Shown here: positions 9,428-18,362 of the stretch, in pieces
Position numbering within the stretch: the stretch's first letter is position 1
Layout: each line of letters begins with the position of its first letter
Assembly (NCBI GenBank): GCA_964471155.1
Contig: CAYYFX010000006.1
Coordinates: forward strand, 3,679 to 67,678
DNA: 64,000 nt
Origin: an uncultured Gemmatimonadota bacterium
Lineage (GTDB): Bacteria > ARS69
Direction: 5' to 3'
Program-made: the position numbers and the translations under genes
Notes under the pieces: model-generated
Databases searched by the model: none
What the model was told of the DNA's origin: nothing
The model's input: the letters and a program-made list of their open reading frames with translations, nothing else

Positions 9428-11017
9428 GTGAGCGTGACTGCCGTCCGCACCACCAACTCCCTCGTGCTCCTCGGCGACAAGCTCGCGCCGAAACCGCACC
9501 TGATGGGTCTCGTGGAGGTCATCCGCAGGGAGAACGAGCCGCTCCCCCCGGACAAGCAGATCCAGTACATCGTGTGCCAGGACTACTCCAGCCTCGCCCT
9601 GGCGCTGCGCAGGCATCGCGAGCTCATCCGTCTCATCGTCGTGGGGCCCGGTCTCGCCGGGAAGCAGGACATGCTCGTGCGCCTCCTGGGCGGCAGCATC
9701 CGCACGGTCCTGATCCTGGATCCGCGGAGGCCGCTCGCGGAGACCGAGGAGGACACGCGCCGCCTCCTGAAGAACCTGCGGGACCTCGGCTGCCTCGTGA
9801 TCGCCACCGAGGAGGCCACGCCGGACTTCTACCGGCCGCTCGTGAAGGAGCACATCGTCTCGAACATCTCGGTGGAGCTGGATCTCGGCACGATGACCCC
9901 CGAGCAGCGCGCGCAGCATCTGGACCGCCGCCTGGACTCCGTGACGATGTTCCCGTCGCTGCCGGAGACCCAGCACCGCGTCTCGGCGCTGAAGGACACG
10001 GATCCCCCGAAGAAGTGGGCGCAGGCGATCGACCCGGACACGCCGATGCGCACGGTGATCCTCTCGCTGCTGAACAGCGCGCACTACAGCTTCCGCGCGC
10101 GCGTGACCACGATCGAGCAGGCGGTTGCGCTGGTGAGCGCGCACACCATCCGCGACATCGTGCTCGCGTGCACCATCCAGCGCCTGTTCAAGAAGGTGGA
10201 CGCCGCGCGCATCGACCAGTTCTGGCGCCACTCGGTCGCCACCGGCTTCTTCGCGAAGCTCCTGTCCGTGGTGGCCGATCCGGCGTCACAGACCCCGCAG
10301 GACCGTACCGAGCTGGAGCGCTTCGGCCTGGAGGAGCCGCAGCTCGAGGCCCTGCGCAGGGTGCACCTCTGGGACAAGCTGGAGCCGAAGCCCTCCGACG
10401 ACGCCTTCACCGCCGGCCTCCTGCACGACATCGGCAAGGTGACGATGGCGCTGTGCTTCGAGGACGCGCTGCTGATGATGGACCCGCTCGTGGAGCAGGG
10501 CGTGACCGAGGCGGACGCGAAGGGGATGCTCTGGGCCGAGTCCACCGTCCAGCTGGAGCACTCCATCATGGGCGACATGGACCACCAGGCGATCGGCGGC
10601 CGCATCGCGCGCAAGTGGGGACTGGATCCGTCCATCCAGGAGGTCATCATGCGCCACCACGATGTGCGCCGCACCTCGGCGGCGCTCACCAAGCTGGTGG
10701 CCCTGGCCGATCTGGCGGCGAACACGGTGCACGCGTACCCGTACTCCGACGCACAGCACCCCTTCCACCGGATGTTCACGAAGGTCCGCGAGGCCGTCCG
10801 CCAGCAACCCGACCGCCCGGAGGCCGAGGTCATGGCCGAGGTCTTCCCGGCCCTGGTGGAGAGCGACCTGGAGGACGTCCTGGGCCGCCTGAAGGTCCCC
10901 GAGACCCTCTGGAGGCTGGTCCCGGCCGCGGATTTCTTCCGGATGTGCTACCTCGTCGCGCCCTCGATCCGGCGCATGACGGCCAGCTTCCTCGCCATGA
11001 CGGCCGCCAAGGCCTGA
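9428..11017 (+). CDS. HDOD-domain signalling protein with an unassigned ~180-aa N-terminal domain
   Basis: GTG at 9428, 9 nt after GGAGGA. The C-terminal two-thirds is an HDOD domain (LPSLPETQHRVSAL, LLHDIGKV, HH pair). The N-terminal region has no motif I recognise. Confidence 0.75.
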   Translation: MSVTAVRTTNSLVLLGDKLAPKPHLMGLVEVIRRENEPLPPDKQIQYIVCQDYSSLALALRRHRELIRLIVVGPGLAGKQDMLVRLLGGSIRTVLILDPRRPLAETEEDTRRLLKNLRDLGCLVIATEEATPDFYRPLVKEHIVSNISVELDLGTMTPEQRAQHLDRRLDSVTMFPSLPETQHRVSALKDTDPPKKWAQAIDPDTPMRTVILSLLNSAHYSFRARVTTIEQAVALVSAHTIRDIVLACTIQRLFKKVDAARIDQFWRHSVATGFFAKLLSVVADPASQTPQDRTELERFGLEEPQLEALRRVHLWDKLEPKPSDDAFTAGLLHDIGKVTMALCFEDALLMMDPLVEQGVTEADAKGMLWAESTVQLEHSIMGDMDHQAIGGRIARKWGLDPSIQEVIMRHHDVRRTSAALTKLVALADLAANTVHAYPYSDAQHPFHRMFTKVREAVRQQPDRPEAEVMAEVFPALVESDLEDVLGRLKVPETLWRLVPAADFFRMCYLVAPSIRRMTASFLAMTAAKA

Positions 11018-11094
11018 TCGGACTGGTCCGCACCCCCGCCAGGGGGTAGCATCCTCCCCGCACCGTCCGACACGTCCGATCCCCGGAGCGAACC

Positions 11095-12234
11095 TTGACC
11101 GACAGCAAGCTCGCCGCCCTCCGGCGCGAGATCGACCGCTTGAACCAGGAGATCCTCGCCCTCATCCAGGAGCGCGCGGAGATCGTGCTGGAGATCGCCG
11201 AGCAGAAGCGCTCGCACGGGATCGACGGGTACGACCCCCGCCGCGAGGACGAGATGCTGGAGCAGCTCACCGCGGGCCGCCCCGGCGCCTTCGGCCCGGC
11301 CGAAATCCGCGAGATCTTCACCGCCATCTTCCGGACGTCCCTGGACATCCAGGACCGCGAGCGCCGCGCGGCGCTGCGCGTCCGCCGCCGGGACCTCGTG
11401 CCGGACGGCGGCATCCTCGTGCGCAACGTGGCGGTGGGCGCCGGCGCGCCGGTGCTCTTCGCGGGGCCGTGCTCGGTGGAGACGCCCGAGCAGATGGACG
11501 CGGTGGCGGCGTGCCTCGCGTCGCTGCCCGGACCGAAGATCCTGCGCGCCGGCGCCTTCAAGCCGCGCACGAACCCGTACTCGTTCCAGGGCTTGCGCGA
11601 GGAAGGGCTGCGCATCCTGCGCGAGACGGCGGACCGGTACGGCCTGGCCACGGTCACCGAGGTGCTGGACGTGTCCACGCTGGACGTGGTGGCCGAGCAC
11701 ACGGACATGCTGCAGATCGGCGCCCGCAACATGTACAACACGGAGCTGCTGAAGGCCGTGGGCCGGCTGCGCAAGCCGGTGCTGCTCAAGCGCGGCTTCA
11801 TGGCCACGCTGGACGAGCTGCTGCTGTCCGCGGAGTACATCCTTTCCGCCGGGAACGAGGCGGTGGTGCTGTGCGAGCGCGGCATCCGCACGTTCGAGCC
11901 GTGGACGCGCAACACGCTGGACATCGCCGCGATCCCGCTGCTGCGCCGGGAGACGTCCCTGCCCGTGATCGTGGACGTGAGCCACGCGCTCGGCCGGAAG
12001 GACATCCTGGAGCCGTGCGGAAAGGCGGCGCTGGCCGCCGGGGCGGACGGACTGATGGTGGAGTTCCACCCCGCGCCGGACCAGGCGCTGTCGGACGGCT
12101 TCCAGCAGCTTGATCTGCAGTCCTTCCGCGCCCTCGTGAGTGGCCTGGGACTGGGCCGCCCGGGACCGGGCGACACCGGCAACGGCGCCGACATCCACGC
12201 CGGCGTCCCCGCCGCCCGGAGGAACCCTGCATGA
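11095..12234 (+). CDS. Bifunctional chorismate mutase / 3-deoxy-7-phosphoheptulonate (DAHP) synthase, AroA(G)/KDO8PS-like class
   Basis: TTG start 7 nt after GGAG. N-terminal AroQ chorismate-mutase helix (LRREIDRLNQEILALIQERAEIV). C-terminal DAHPS core (LFAGPCSVE, KPRTNPYSFQG, GADGLMVEFHP). Confidence 0.85.
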   Translation: MTDSKLAALRREIDRLNQEILALIQERAEIVLEIAEQKRSHGIDGYDPRREDEMLEQLTAGRPGAFGPAEIREIFTAIFRTSLDIQDRERRAALRVRRRDLVPDGGILVRNVAVGAGAPVLFAGPCSVETPEQMDAVAACLASLPGPKILRAGAFKPRTNPYSFQGLREEGLRILRETADRYGLATVTEVLDVSTLDVVAEHTDMLQIGARNMYNTELLKAVGRLRKPVLLKRGFMATLDELLLSAEYILSAGNEAVVLCERGIRTFEPWTRNTLDIAAIPLLRRETSLPVIVDVSHALGRKDILEPCGKAALAAGADGLMVEFHPAPDQALSDGFQQLDLQSFRALVSGLGLGRPGPGDTGNGADIHAGVPAARRNPA

Positions 12235-13049
12235 GCTCCACGGAATCGAAGCGCCCCGCCGATCCGGCCGGTCCGGCCGATCCTGCCGGCCCCGCCGGTG
12301 CTTCGGACGCCCGGCCGCACGCCACGGACCGCCTGTTCGCCGAGGAGCGTCCCCGCGTGGACGACTTCAACTTCGGCGAGGCCACCGCCGCCGTCTTCGA
12401 TGACATGCTGGACCGCTCCGTGCCGTTCTACACGGAGATCCAGCGCATGGTGGCGGAGCTGGCCGCGGACTACGCGCAGGACGGCAGCGCGGTGTGGGAC
12501 CTGGGCTGCTCCACGTGCACCACGTTCCTGGAGATCGACCGCGCCCTGCCGAAGGACGTGGAGGTCCGCTTCGTGGGGCTGGACTCGTCGCCGGAGATGC
12601 TCGAGCGCGCGAAGGCGAAGCTGACGGCGGCGAGGTTCGCGCGCCCGTTCGACCTGCGCTGCGCGGACCTGAACCTGGACATGAGGATCGAGAACGCGTC
12701 CGTGGTGCTGCTCGTGCTGACGCTGCAGTTCGTGCGGCCGCTGCACCGCGAGAGCCTGGTCCGGTCCATCTACGACGGTCTGCGCCCGGGCGGCTGCCTG
12801 CTGCTCGTGGAGAAGGTGCTGGGCGAGAACTCCACGTTCAATCGCCTGTTCATCAAGCACTACTACGAGTTCAAGCGCCGGAACGGCTACAGCGACCTGG
12901 AGATCGCGCAGAAGCGCGAGGCGCTGGAGAACGTGCTGGTACCCTACCGCCTGGAGGAGAACAAGCAGCTCCTCCGCAAGGTCGGCTTCCAGGAGATCGA
13001 CGTCTTCTTGAAGTGGTACAACTTCTGCGCCACGGTGGCGATGAAGTGA
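12231..13049 (+). CDS. cmoA: Carboxy-S-adenosyl-L-methionine synthase CmoA
   Basis: Motif-by-motif match to CmoA: VFDDMLDRSVPFY, WDLGCS, LDSSPEML, ENASVVLLVLTLQF, FKRRNGYSDLEIAQKREALENVL. ATGA overlap with the upstream gene. Confidence 0.9.
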   Translation: MSSTESKRPADPAGPADPAGPAGASDARPHATDRLFAEERPRVDDFNFGEATAAVFDDMLDRSVPFYTEIQRMVAELAADYAQDGSAVWDLGCSTCTTFLEIDRALPKDVEVRFVGLDSSPEMLERAKAKLTAARFARPFDLRCADLNLDMRIENASVVLLVLTLQFVRPLHRESLVRSIYDGLRPGGCLLLVEKVLGENSTFNRLFIKHYYEFKRRNGYSDLEIAQKREALENVLVPYRLEENKQLLRKVGFQEIDVFLKWYNFCATVAMK

Positions 13050-13858
13050 GCGGCGCGCGGACCGGCGATCCCGCCCTCGCCAAGGAACCCGCGGCGCGTC
13101 CGGCCCCGCCGGCGGCCGAGCCGCCCGCGAGCGCGGTGGTCCGCATCGGACGCTTCTTCTTCGGCAAGCGGGACTTCGTCTTCACGGCCGTGTTCCTCCT
13201 CCTCGCGGTCGCGTCCCGTCCGCAGCCCTTCGGCGGCTCCGCGGGAACGGACCGCTGGCTGAACCTGGCCGGCGTGCTCGTGGCGCTCGCGGGGCAGGTG
13301 CTGCGCGCCGCGGTGATCGGCCTCGCGTACATCCGCCGCGGCGGCAAGGACAAGAGGATCTACGCGGACGATCTCGTGACGGACGGGTTCTTCGCGCACA
13401 GCCGCAATCCGCTGTACCTCGGCAACATGCTGGTCTACCTGGGCCTCTTCCTCGTGCTGAACTCCACGATCGGCTGGCTCGTGGGCGTGCCGTTCTTCCT
13501 CGTCGCGTACCTCTGCATCACCGCCGCGGAGGAGGAGTACCTCGGCCGCCGCTTCGGCGCCGCGTACGAGGAGTACCGCCGCCGCGTCCCGCGGTTCTTC
13601 CCCCGTCTCGCCGGCCTCGGCGACACGATGCGCGGCATGCGCTTCCACTGGCGGCGGGTGATCCGCAAGGAGTACGGGTCGACCTACGCGTGGGTGGTGA
13701 CGGTGCTGGCGCTGCTCGCGTACGAGCGCGTGACGTGGGCCGGCGGCGACGCGAGCGGACCGGCGCTGCGCCGGATCGCGCTCGCCTGGGGGATCCTGAC
13801 GATCCTCTACGGGGTCGCCCGCTGGCTGAAGAAGACCCACCGCATCGACGACGTCTGA
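13046..13858 (+). CDS. Isoprenylcysteine carboxyl methyltransferase (ICMT/PEMT-like) family membrane methyltransferase
   Basis: GTG start overlaps the cmoA stop (GTGA). Multi-TM protein with the ICMT C-terminal motif HSRNPLYLG...EEEYLGRRFGAAYEEYRRRVPRFFP. Confidence 0.7.
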   Translation: MSGARTGDPALAKEPAARPAPPAAEPPASAVVRIGRFFFGKRDFVFTAVFLLLAVASRPQPFGGSAGTDRWLNLAGVLVALAGQVLRAAVIGLAYIRRGGKDKRIYADDLVTDGFFAHSRNPLYLGNMLVYLGLFLVLNSTIGWLVGVPFFLVAYLCITAAEEEYLGRRFGAAYEEYRRRVPRFFPRLAGLGDTMRGMRFHWRRVIRKEYGSTYAWVVTVLALLAYERVTWAGGDASGPALRRIALAWGILTILYGVARWLKKTHRIDDV

Positions 13859-13891
13859 GGTCCGTCCCCGGGGGGACCGGGCGGTCCATCG

Positions 13892-15223
13892 TCACGCCGT
13901 GTTCCCGACCGGAGGCGCGTCGTACTGCAGCAGCCGGCGCTGGCCCTCGAGCGCCCGCTCCCGGGTGAGATCCTGGGTCACCTCGAGCGTGCCGACGTAC
14001 GTGCCGTCCGCATCCCGCATCGCGAAGTAGCGGATGAACACGAACCGGCCGCGGTAGTCGATCCAGAAGTCCGCCACATCCTGGCGCCCGCAGCGGAAGT
14101 CGCCCAGGATCCGCTCGACGACGTCCACGCTCGCCGGCGGGTGGCAGTGCTGGACCTTACGGCCGATCACCGCCTTCGGGCGGACGAACACGCGCTTCGG
14201 CCCTTCGCTGAAGAACCGCACGCGATCGTCCGCGTCCACGAAGGTCAGGTCCACCGGCAGCACCGAGAACATCGCCATCAGCTGCGCCGGCGTCATGGCG
14301 CCGGTGGGGAACAGGACGGCGGCCTGCGGCGGGTCCGCGCGGCCCGCGATGCGCAGGCCGGACTCCCCGGCGCCGCCGCCCGGCGCCGCGGGCATCGGCG
14401 CCGCGGGGGCCGGGGCCGCCGCGGGCGCGGGGGGACGGTAGCCCTCGTCCGGGTCCACGATGCACCAGCCGAACTGCGGCGACTGCGTCCAGACCTCGCC
14501 CCACTCGATGCCCGTGAGCGTCTGGAGCGCCATGGGCAGCAGGATGCGCTCCTCCTTGAAGATCATCTCCTCGACCGCGTGCAGCGCGGGTTCGGCGACC
14601 TCGGAGCGGACGAGCCCCCATTCCTCGCGCGTGGCGCCCTCGGCCGTCAGCGCCTCGCGGAGGCTCGCGAGCCGCGTGCGGACCTCGTCGTCCTTGCCCC
14701 ACATCACCTTCGACGGCCCGGTGATCCCGTGGCGCTCGAGGATCGGGAAGAGCAGGTTCTCCTTCCGCGCGTAGTGCTTGTCCACGTCCATCAGCTCGTT
14801 GAGGAGCGAGAGGCAGCGACGGACCGCGTCCGGCGGCGCCGCCGTCGCCGGGTCCTGCGCGGCGCCGGGGGCCAGCGCCGCCAACGCCTCGCGGATCGAT
14901 CGCACGTGCTGCGCGATCGCCGTGTTCTCCTTCCGGAACGTCGTCACGGGGTGCCCGGGCGGGAGCAGCGGCACGGGACGCTCCGTCAGGACCTCCGCGA
15001 CGACCTGCGAGTGCAGATCGCACATGCCCATGATCTCGCCGACCGGCACGCCCTCGGCGATGAGCTCCTGCTCCATCTGCGCGATCTCGGTGGCGTCGCA
15101 CTCGCGGACGAGCGCCCGCAGCTGCGCCTTGACCTCCGCGGGAGCCTTGCCTTCGTGCAGGTGGCGGATGACATGCTTGAGGGTGGCGATCCGGTGCGCG
15201 CGATTGTTCAGCAGCTCGGACAT
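13892..15223 (-). CDS. DUF438-family protein (DUF1858 / hemerythrin-like / PAS-like)
   Basis: ATG is preceded by GAGGAG. The N-terminus LKHVIRHLHEGKAPAEVKAQL and the arrangement HHE-like region, Pro/Ala linker, PAS-like C-terminus are typical of DUF438 proteins. Confidence 0.7.
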   Translation of the reverse strand: MSELLNNRAHRIATLKHVIRHLHEGKAPAEVKAQLRALVRECDATEIAQMEQELIAEGVPVGEIMGMCDLHSQVVAEVLTERPVPLLPPGHPVTTFRKENTAIAQHVRSIREALAALAPGAAQDPATAAPPDAVRRCLSLLNELMDVDKHYARKENLLFPILERHGITGPSKVMWGKDDEVRTRLASLREALTAEGATREEWGLVRSEVAEPALHAVEEMIFKEERILLPMALQTLTGIEWGEVWTQSPQFGWCIVDPDEGYRPPAPAAAPAPAAPMPAAPGGGAGESGLRIAGRADPPQAAVLFPTGAMTPAQLMAMFSVLPVDLTFVDADDRVRFFSEGPKRVFVRPKAVIGRKVQHCHPPASVDVVERILGDFRCGRQDVADFWIDYRGRFVFIRYFAMRDADGTYVGTLEVTQDLTRERALEGQRRLLQYDAPPVGNTA

Positions 15224-15339
15224 GCGGGGGCTCCTCGGGCGGGCTTCCGCGGGCCGGCAGACCGCGCCCGCGAAAAGCGGATATCCAGATCCGATTAGTC
15301 TCTATGTACGCCTCGCCGGCTCCGGGAGCAAGGGGGGCC

Positions 15340-15368
15340 TTGACATACCTTGCACCACTATGTATAGT
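15340..15368 (+). promoter_or_regulatory. Near-consensus sigma70 promoter (TTGACA-17 nt-TATAGT) for the padR operon
   Basis: TTGACA at 15340-15345, a 17-nt spacer, TATAGT at 15363-15368, about 70 nt upstream of the padR ATG. Flanked by three CTATGTA repeats (15302, 15358, 15373). Confidence 0.5.
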
Positions 15369-15438
15369 GCCTCTATGTAGGCCGGGGTTCGGCCCCGGGG
15401 AGGCACCCCGGTCCGGCTGCCGAACCGTCGGGAGAGCG

Positions 15439-15825
15439 ATGGACATCAACAAGGACCTGATCGCCGCATCCTCCACTCCGATCGTCCTGGCCATCCTGGC
15501 CGAGGCGGACAGCTACGGGTACGCCATCCTGAAGCGTGTCCGGGAGCTGTCGGGCGGTCGCATGGAGTGGACGGACGGGATGCTGTACCCCGTCCTGCAC
15601 CGGCTCGAGCGCCTCGGCCACATCGAGGCGTACTGGCAGGTCGCGGAGACCGGTCGCCGCCGCAAGTACTACCGGATCACGCCGGGCGGCCGCGCGCAGC
15701 TCGCCGAGGAACGGCGACAGTGGCAGGCCGTGGACTCCACCCTGCGCGGCATCTGGCAATCACGCTCCGTCCCGATCCCGGCCGTCCCCGCGCCACAGTT
15801 CGCCCTCGTTCCCCGGGTGGCCTGA
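15439..15825 (+). CDS. PadR-family transcriptional regulator
   Basis: Winged-HTH PadR signature: ILAILAEADSYGYAILKRVRELSGGRMEWTDGMLYPVLHRLERLGHIEAYW, then RKYYRITPGG. Confidence 0.85.
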   Translation: MDINKDLIAASSTPIVLAILAEADSYGYAILKRVRELSGGRMEWTDGMLYPVLHRLERLGHIEAYWQVAETGRRRKYYRITPGGRAQLAEERRQWQAVDSTLRGIWQSRSVPIPAVPAPQFALVPRVA

Positions 15826-15828
15826 CCG

Positions 15829-17187
15829 ATGTCGAATCCCGAGCTCGCAGCATCCCTCGAAGAACAGATCGCCCGGTGGCGCAGCTACCTGCACCGCCGG
15901 CAGGCCATCCACTCCGTGGACGTGGCGGAACTGGAGGATCACCTGCGCGAGCAGATCGCGGGGCTCGCGGCCGCGGGGCTGTCCGACGACGAGGCGTTCC
16001 TCGTCGCCGTGAAGCGCATGGGCGCCCTCGACGACCTCTCGCGCGAGTTCGCGCGCGAGCACTCCGAGCGTCTGTGGAAGCAGCTCGTCGTGGTTCCGGC
16101 GGACCCGGCGGGACCGCGGGCGCGGGGACGGACCGACACGATCGTGCTGTTCGTGCTCGCCGTCGCCGCGGCCCTCACCACGCGCTTCGGCGTCGCCCTC
16201 CTGCCCCTGGAAGGCGCCCAGGTCCGGAACCTGGGCCTGTTCGTGCTCCCCTTCCTCACCGGCTACTTCGTCTGGAAGCGCCGCCTGGCCGCCGGCACGA
16301 TCCGCTGGCTCGGCGCGGCGTTCGTCGCCGCCGGCATCTTCGCGAACGCGTACCCCTTCGCCCCGGGCGGGCACACCGAGGTGCTCACCACGCTGCACCT
16401 GCCCATCGCGCTGTGGCTCGCCGTGGGCGTGGCGTACGCGGGCGGGCGCTGGGCCGAGGTCGCCGGCCGGATGGACTTCATCCGCTTCTCGGGCGAGCTG
16501 GCCATCTACTACGTGCTGATCGCGCTCGGCGGCGGCGTCTTCACGGCGTTCATGATGATGATCTTCCAGGCCATCGGCGTGGACGCGGAACCCTTCTTCG
16601 AGTCATGGATCCTGCCGTGCGGCGCCTCGGGCGCCGTGCTCGTCGCCGCGTGGCTCGTCGAGGCGAAGCAGAGCGTCATCGAGAACATGGCGCCGGTCCT
16701 CACCCGCCTCTTCACGCCGCTGTTCGCCGCGTTGCTCATCACGTACCTCGTGACCCTGCTGTGGACCGGCCGCGGCATCGACATCGAGCGGAACGTGCTC
16801 ATCGCCTTCGACCTGCTGCTGGTCGTGGTCCTCGGGCTCCTCCTGTACTCGGTCTCGGCCCGCGATCCGCAGTCGCCCCCGGGTGCCTTCGACATCCTCA
16901 CGGTCGTGCTGCTCGTCAGCGCGCTCCTCGCGGACGCCGTGGCGCTCTGGGCCATCGCCGCGCGCATCACCGAGTTCGGGTTCACGCCGAACCGCGTGGC
17001 CGCGCTGGGCGAGAACGTGATCCTGCTCGTCAACCTGGCGTGGTCCGCGGTCCTGTACCTCGGCTTCCTGCGCGGGCGGCGGCCCTTCGCCGCGCTGGAG
17101 CGGTGGCAGACGGGCTACCTGCCGGTCTACGCCGTGTGGGCGGCGATCGTGGTGATCGCCTTCCCGTTGCTGTTCGGGTTCGTCTGA
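15829..17187 (+). CDS. Membrane protein: PadR-associated N-terminal domain plus DUF4153-like polytopic domain
   Basis: ATG 3 nt after the padR stop. Soluble N-terminal ~90 aa (EEQIARWRSYLHRRQA...) followed by at least 10 predicted TM helices. This is the usual PadR-partner architecture. Confidence 0.7.
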   Translation: MSNPELAASLEEQIARWRSYLHRRQAIHSVDVAELEDHLREQIAGLAAAGLSDDEAFLVAVKRMGALDDLSREFAREHSERLWKQLVVVPADPAGPRARGRTDTIVLFVLAVAAALTTRFGVALLPLEGAQVRNLGLFVLPFLTGYFVWKRRLAAGTIRWLGAAFVAAGIFANAYPFAPGGHTEVLTTLHLPIALWLAVGVAYAGGRWAEVAGRMDFIRFSGELAIYYVLIALGGGVFTAFMMMIFQAIGVDAEPFFESWILPCGASGAVLVAAWLVEAKQSVIENMAPVLTRLFTPLFAALLITYLVTLLWTGRGIDIERNVLIAFDLLLVVVLGLLLYSVSARDPQSPPGAFDILTVVLLVSALLADAVALWAIAARITEFGFTPNRVAALGENVILLVNLAWSAVLYLGFLRGRRPFAALERWQTGYLPVYAVWAAIVVIAFPLLFGFV

Positions 17188-17265
17188 TCCGGGAGTCGCA
17201 CGGGTGCGGAGTCCTTCGGGCCCGAACGCGATGATCGCCGCCGTCGCGGGCGGATCGGGCGCCGC

Positions 17266-17772
17266 TCAGCGGTCGTTGAGGAGCGCCCACCGCTCGTGAT
17301 CGCGCCAGCGCCCCGCGATCCGCAGGTACCGCGGCGAGTAGCCCTCGCGCCGGAACCCGAGCCGCTTCACGAGCCCCACGGACGCGTCGTTCCCCGGCTG
17401 GATGTTCGCCTCCAGGCGGTGCAGCCGCATCGGGCCGAAGGCGCGCGCGATCACCTTCGCCAGACCTGCCTTCATCAGCCCCCGCCCCGCGTGCGGCACG
17501 AACGCGTAGTACCCGAGGTATCCGCTCTTGAACACGCCGCGCACGATCTCCGAGATGTTCACGACGCCCGCGATCTCGGACGGATCGTCGCGCAGCACCA
17601 CGAGGAAACTCACGTGCGTGCGCCCGTCCACGCGCTTCAGCCAGCGGCGGTAGTCCGCCCCCGTCCGGGGCGGGGACACGAGGCTTCCGTGCAGCTTCCG
17701 GCTGCGCTGCGCCGCGGCCACGAACGCCGCTTCGTGCCGCGGCGCCGGCGTCACGATCCGCACCGCGCTCAT
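17266..17772 (-). CDS. GNAT N-acetyltransferase (RimJ/RimL-like)
   Basis: ATGA overlap with the upstream GNAT. The conserved region HRLEANIQPGNDASVGLVKRLGFRREG is a GNAT motif. Confidence 0.8.
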   Translation of the reverse strand: MSAVRIVTPAPRHEAAFVAAAQRSRKLHGSLVSPPRTGADYRRWLKRVDGRTHVSFLVVLRDDPSEIAGVVNISEIVRGVFKSGYLGYYAFVPHAGRGLMKAGLAKVIARAFGPMRLHRLEANIQPGNDASVGLVKRLGFRREGYSPRYLRIAGRWRDHERWALLNDR

Positions 17773-18362
17773 CGCCGCCGCGCCTCCCACTCCGGCCGCA
17801 GGAGTCCCAGGATGAGCGAGTCCTGCACCTCCTCCTCGACGCGGAAGCGCTCCCGGAGCAACCCCTCGCGCCGGAAGCCCAGCCGCTCCAGGATGGCCAG
17901 GGACTTCGCGTTCCGCGGCTCCACGTCCGCTTCCAGCCGGTGCAGCGCCAGCTCACGGAACGCGAAATCGAAGAGCGCGGTCAACGCCTCCGTCATCAGC
18001 CCCCGTCCCCAGAACGGCCGCTGCAACGCGTACCCGATCTCGGCGCGCTTGTGCTTCCAGTACAACTGGAAGAGTGTGCACGTGCCGATGAGGCGGTCGT
18101 CCTGCTGCAGCGCCACCGCCCACTGGAAGCCGTCGCGCTCGCGGAACCAGCGGTCGATCTGCTCCAGGTACTCCGGCGCGCGCTTCGGGTCGGTCCACGC
18201 GCGCTCGCTCCAGTACCGGGACACGTCCTCGTTCGAGAACAGCGCGTACAGGTCCTCCGCGTCGCCCGGCCGCGTAGGCCGGAGGACCAGGCGCTCCGCC
18301 CGCAGTACCGGGAGCGCCGCCCCCCAGTCGTAGACGCCCGCCGTCATCCCGGGCCCGCTCAT
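17769..18362 (-). CDS. GNAT N-acetyltransferase (RimJ/RimL-like)
   Basis: ATGA overlap with the decarboxylase stop. LRPTRPGDAEDLYALFSNEDVSRYW...HRLEADVEPRNAKSLAILERLGFRREG. Confidence 0.8.
   Translation of the reverse strand: MSGPGMTAGVYDWGAALPVLRAERLVLRPTRPGDAEDLYALFSNEDVSRYWSERAWTDPKRAPEYLEQIDRWFRERDGFQWAVALQQDDRLIGTCTLFQLYWKHKRAEIGYALQRPFWGRGLMTEALTALFDFAFRELALHRLEADVEPRNAKSLAILERLGFRREGLLRERFRVEEEVQDSLILGLLRPEWEARRR

Noticed and set aside
15255-15290. GC-rich inverted repeat GCGGGCCGGCAGACCGCGCCCGC upstream of the DUF438 gene
   Set aside because: It lies in the 5' leader between promoter region and RBS on the coding strand, with no U-tract. It is more likely a leader structure than a terminator, and evidence is insufficient.
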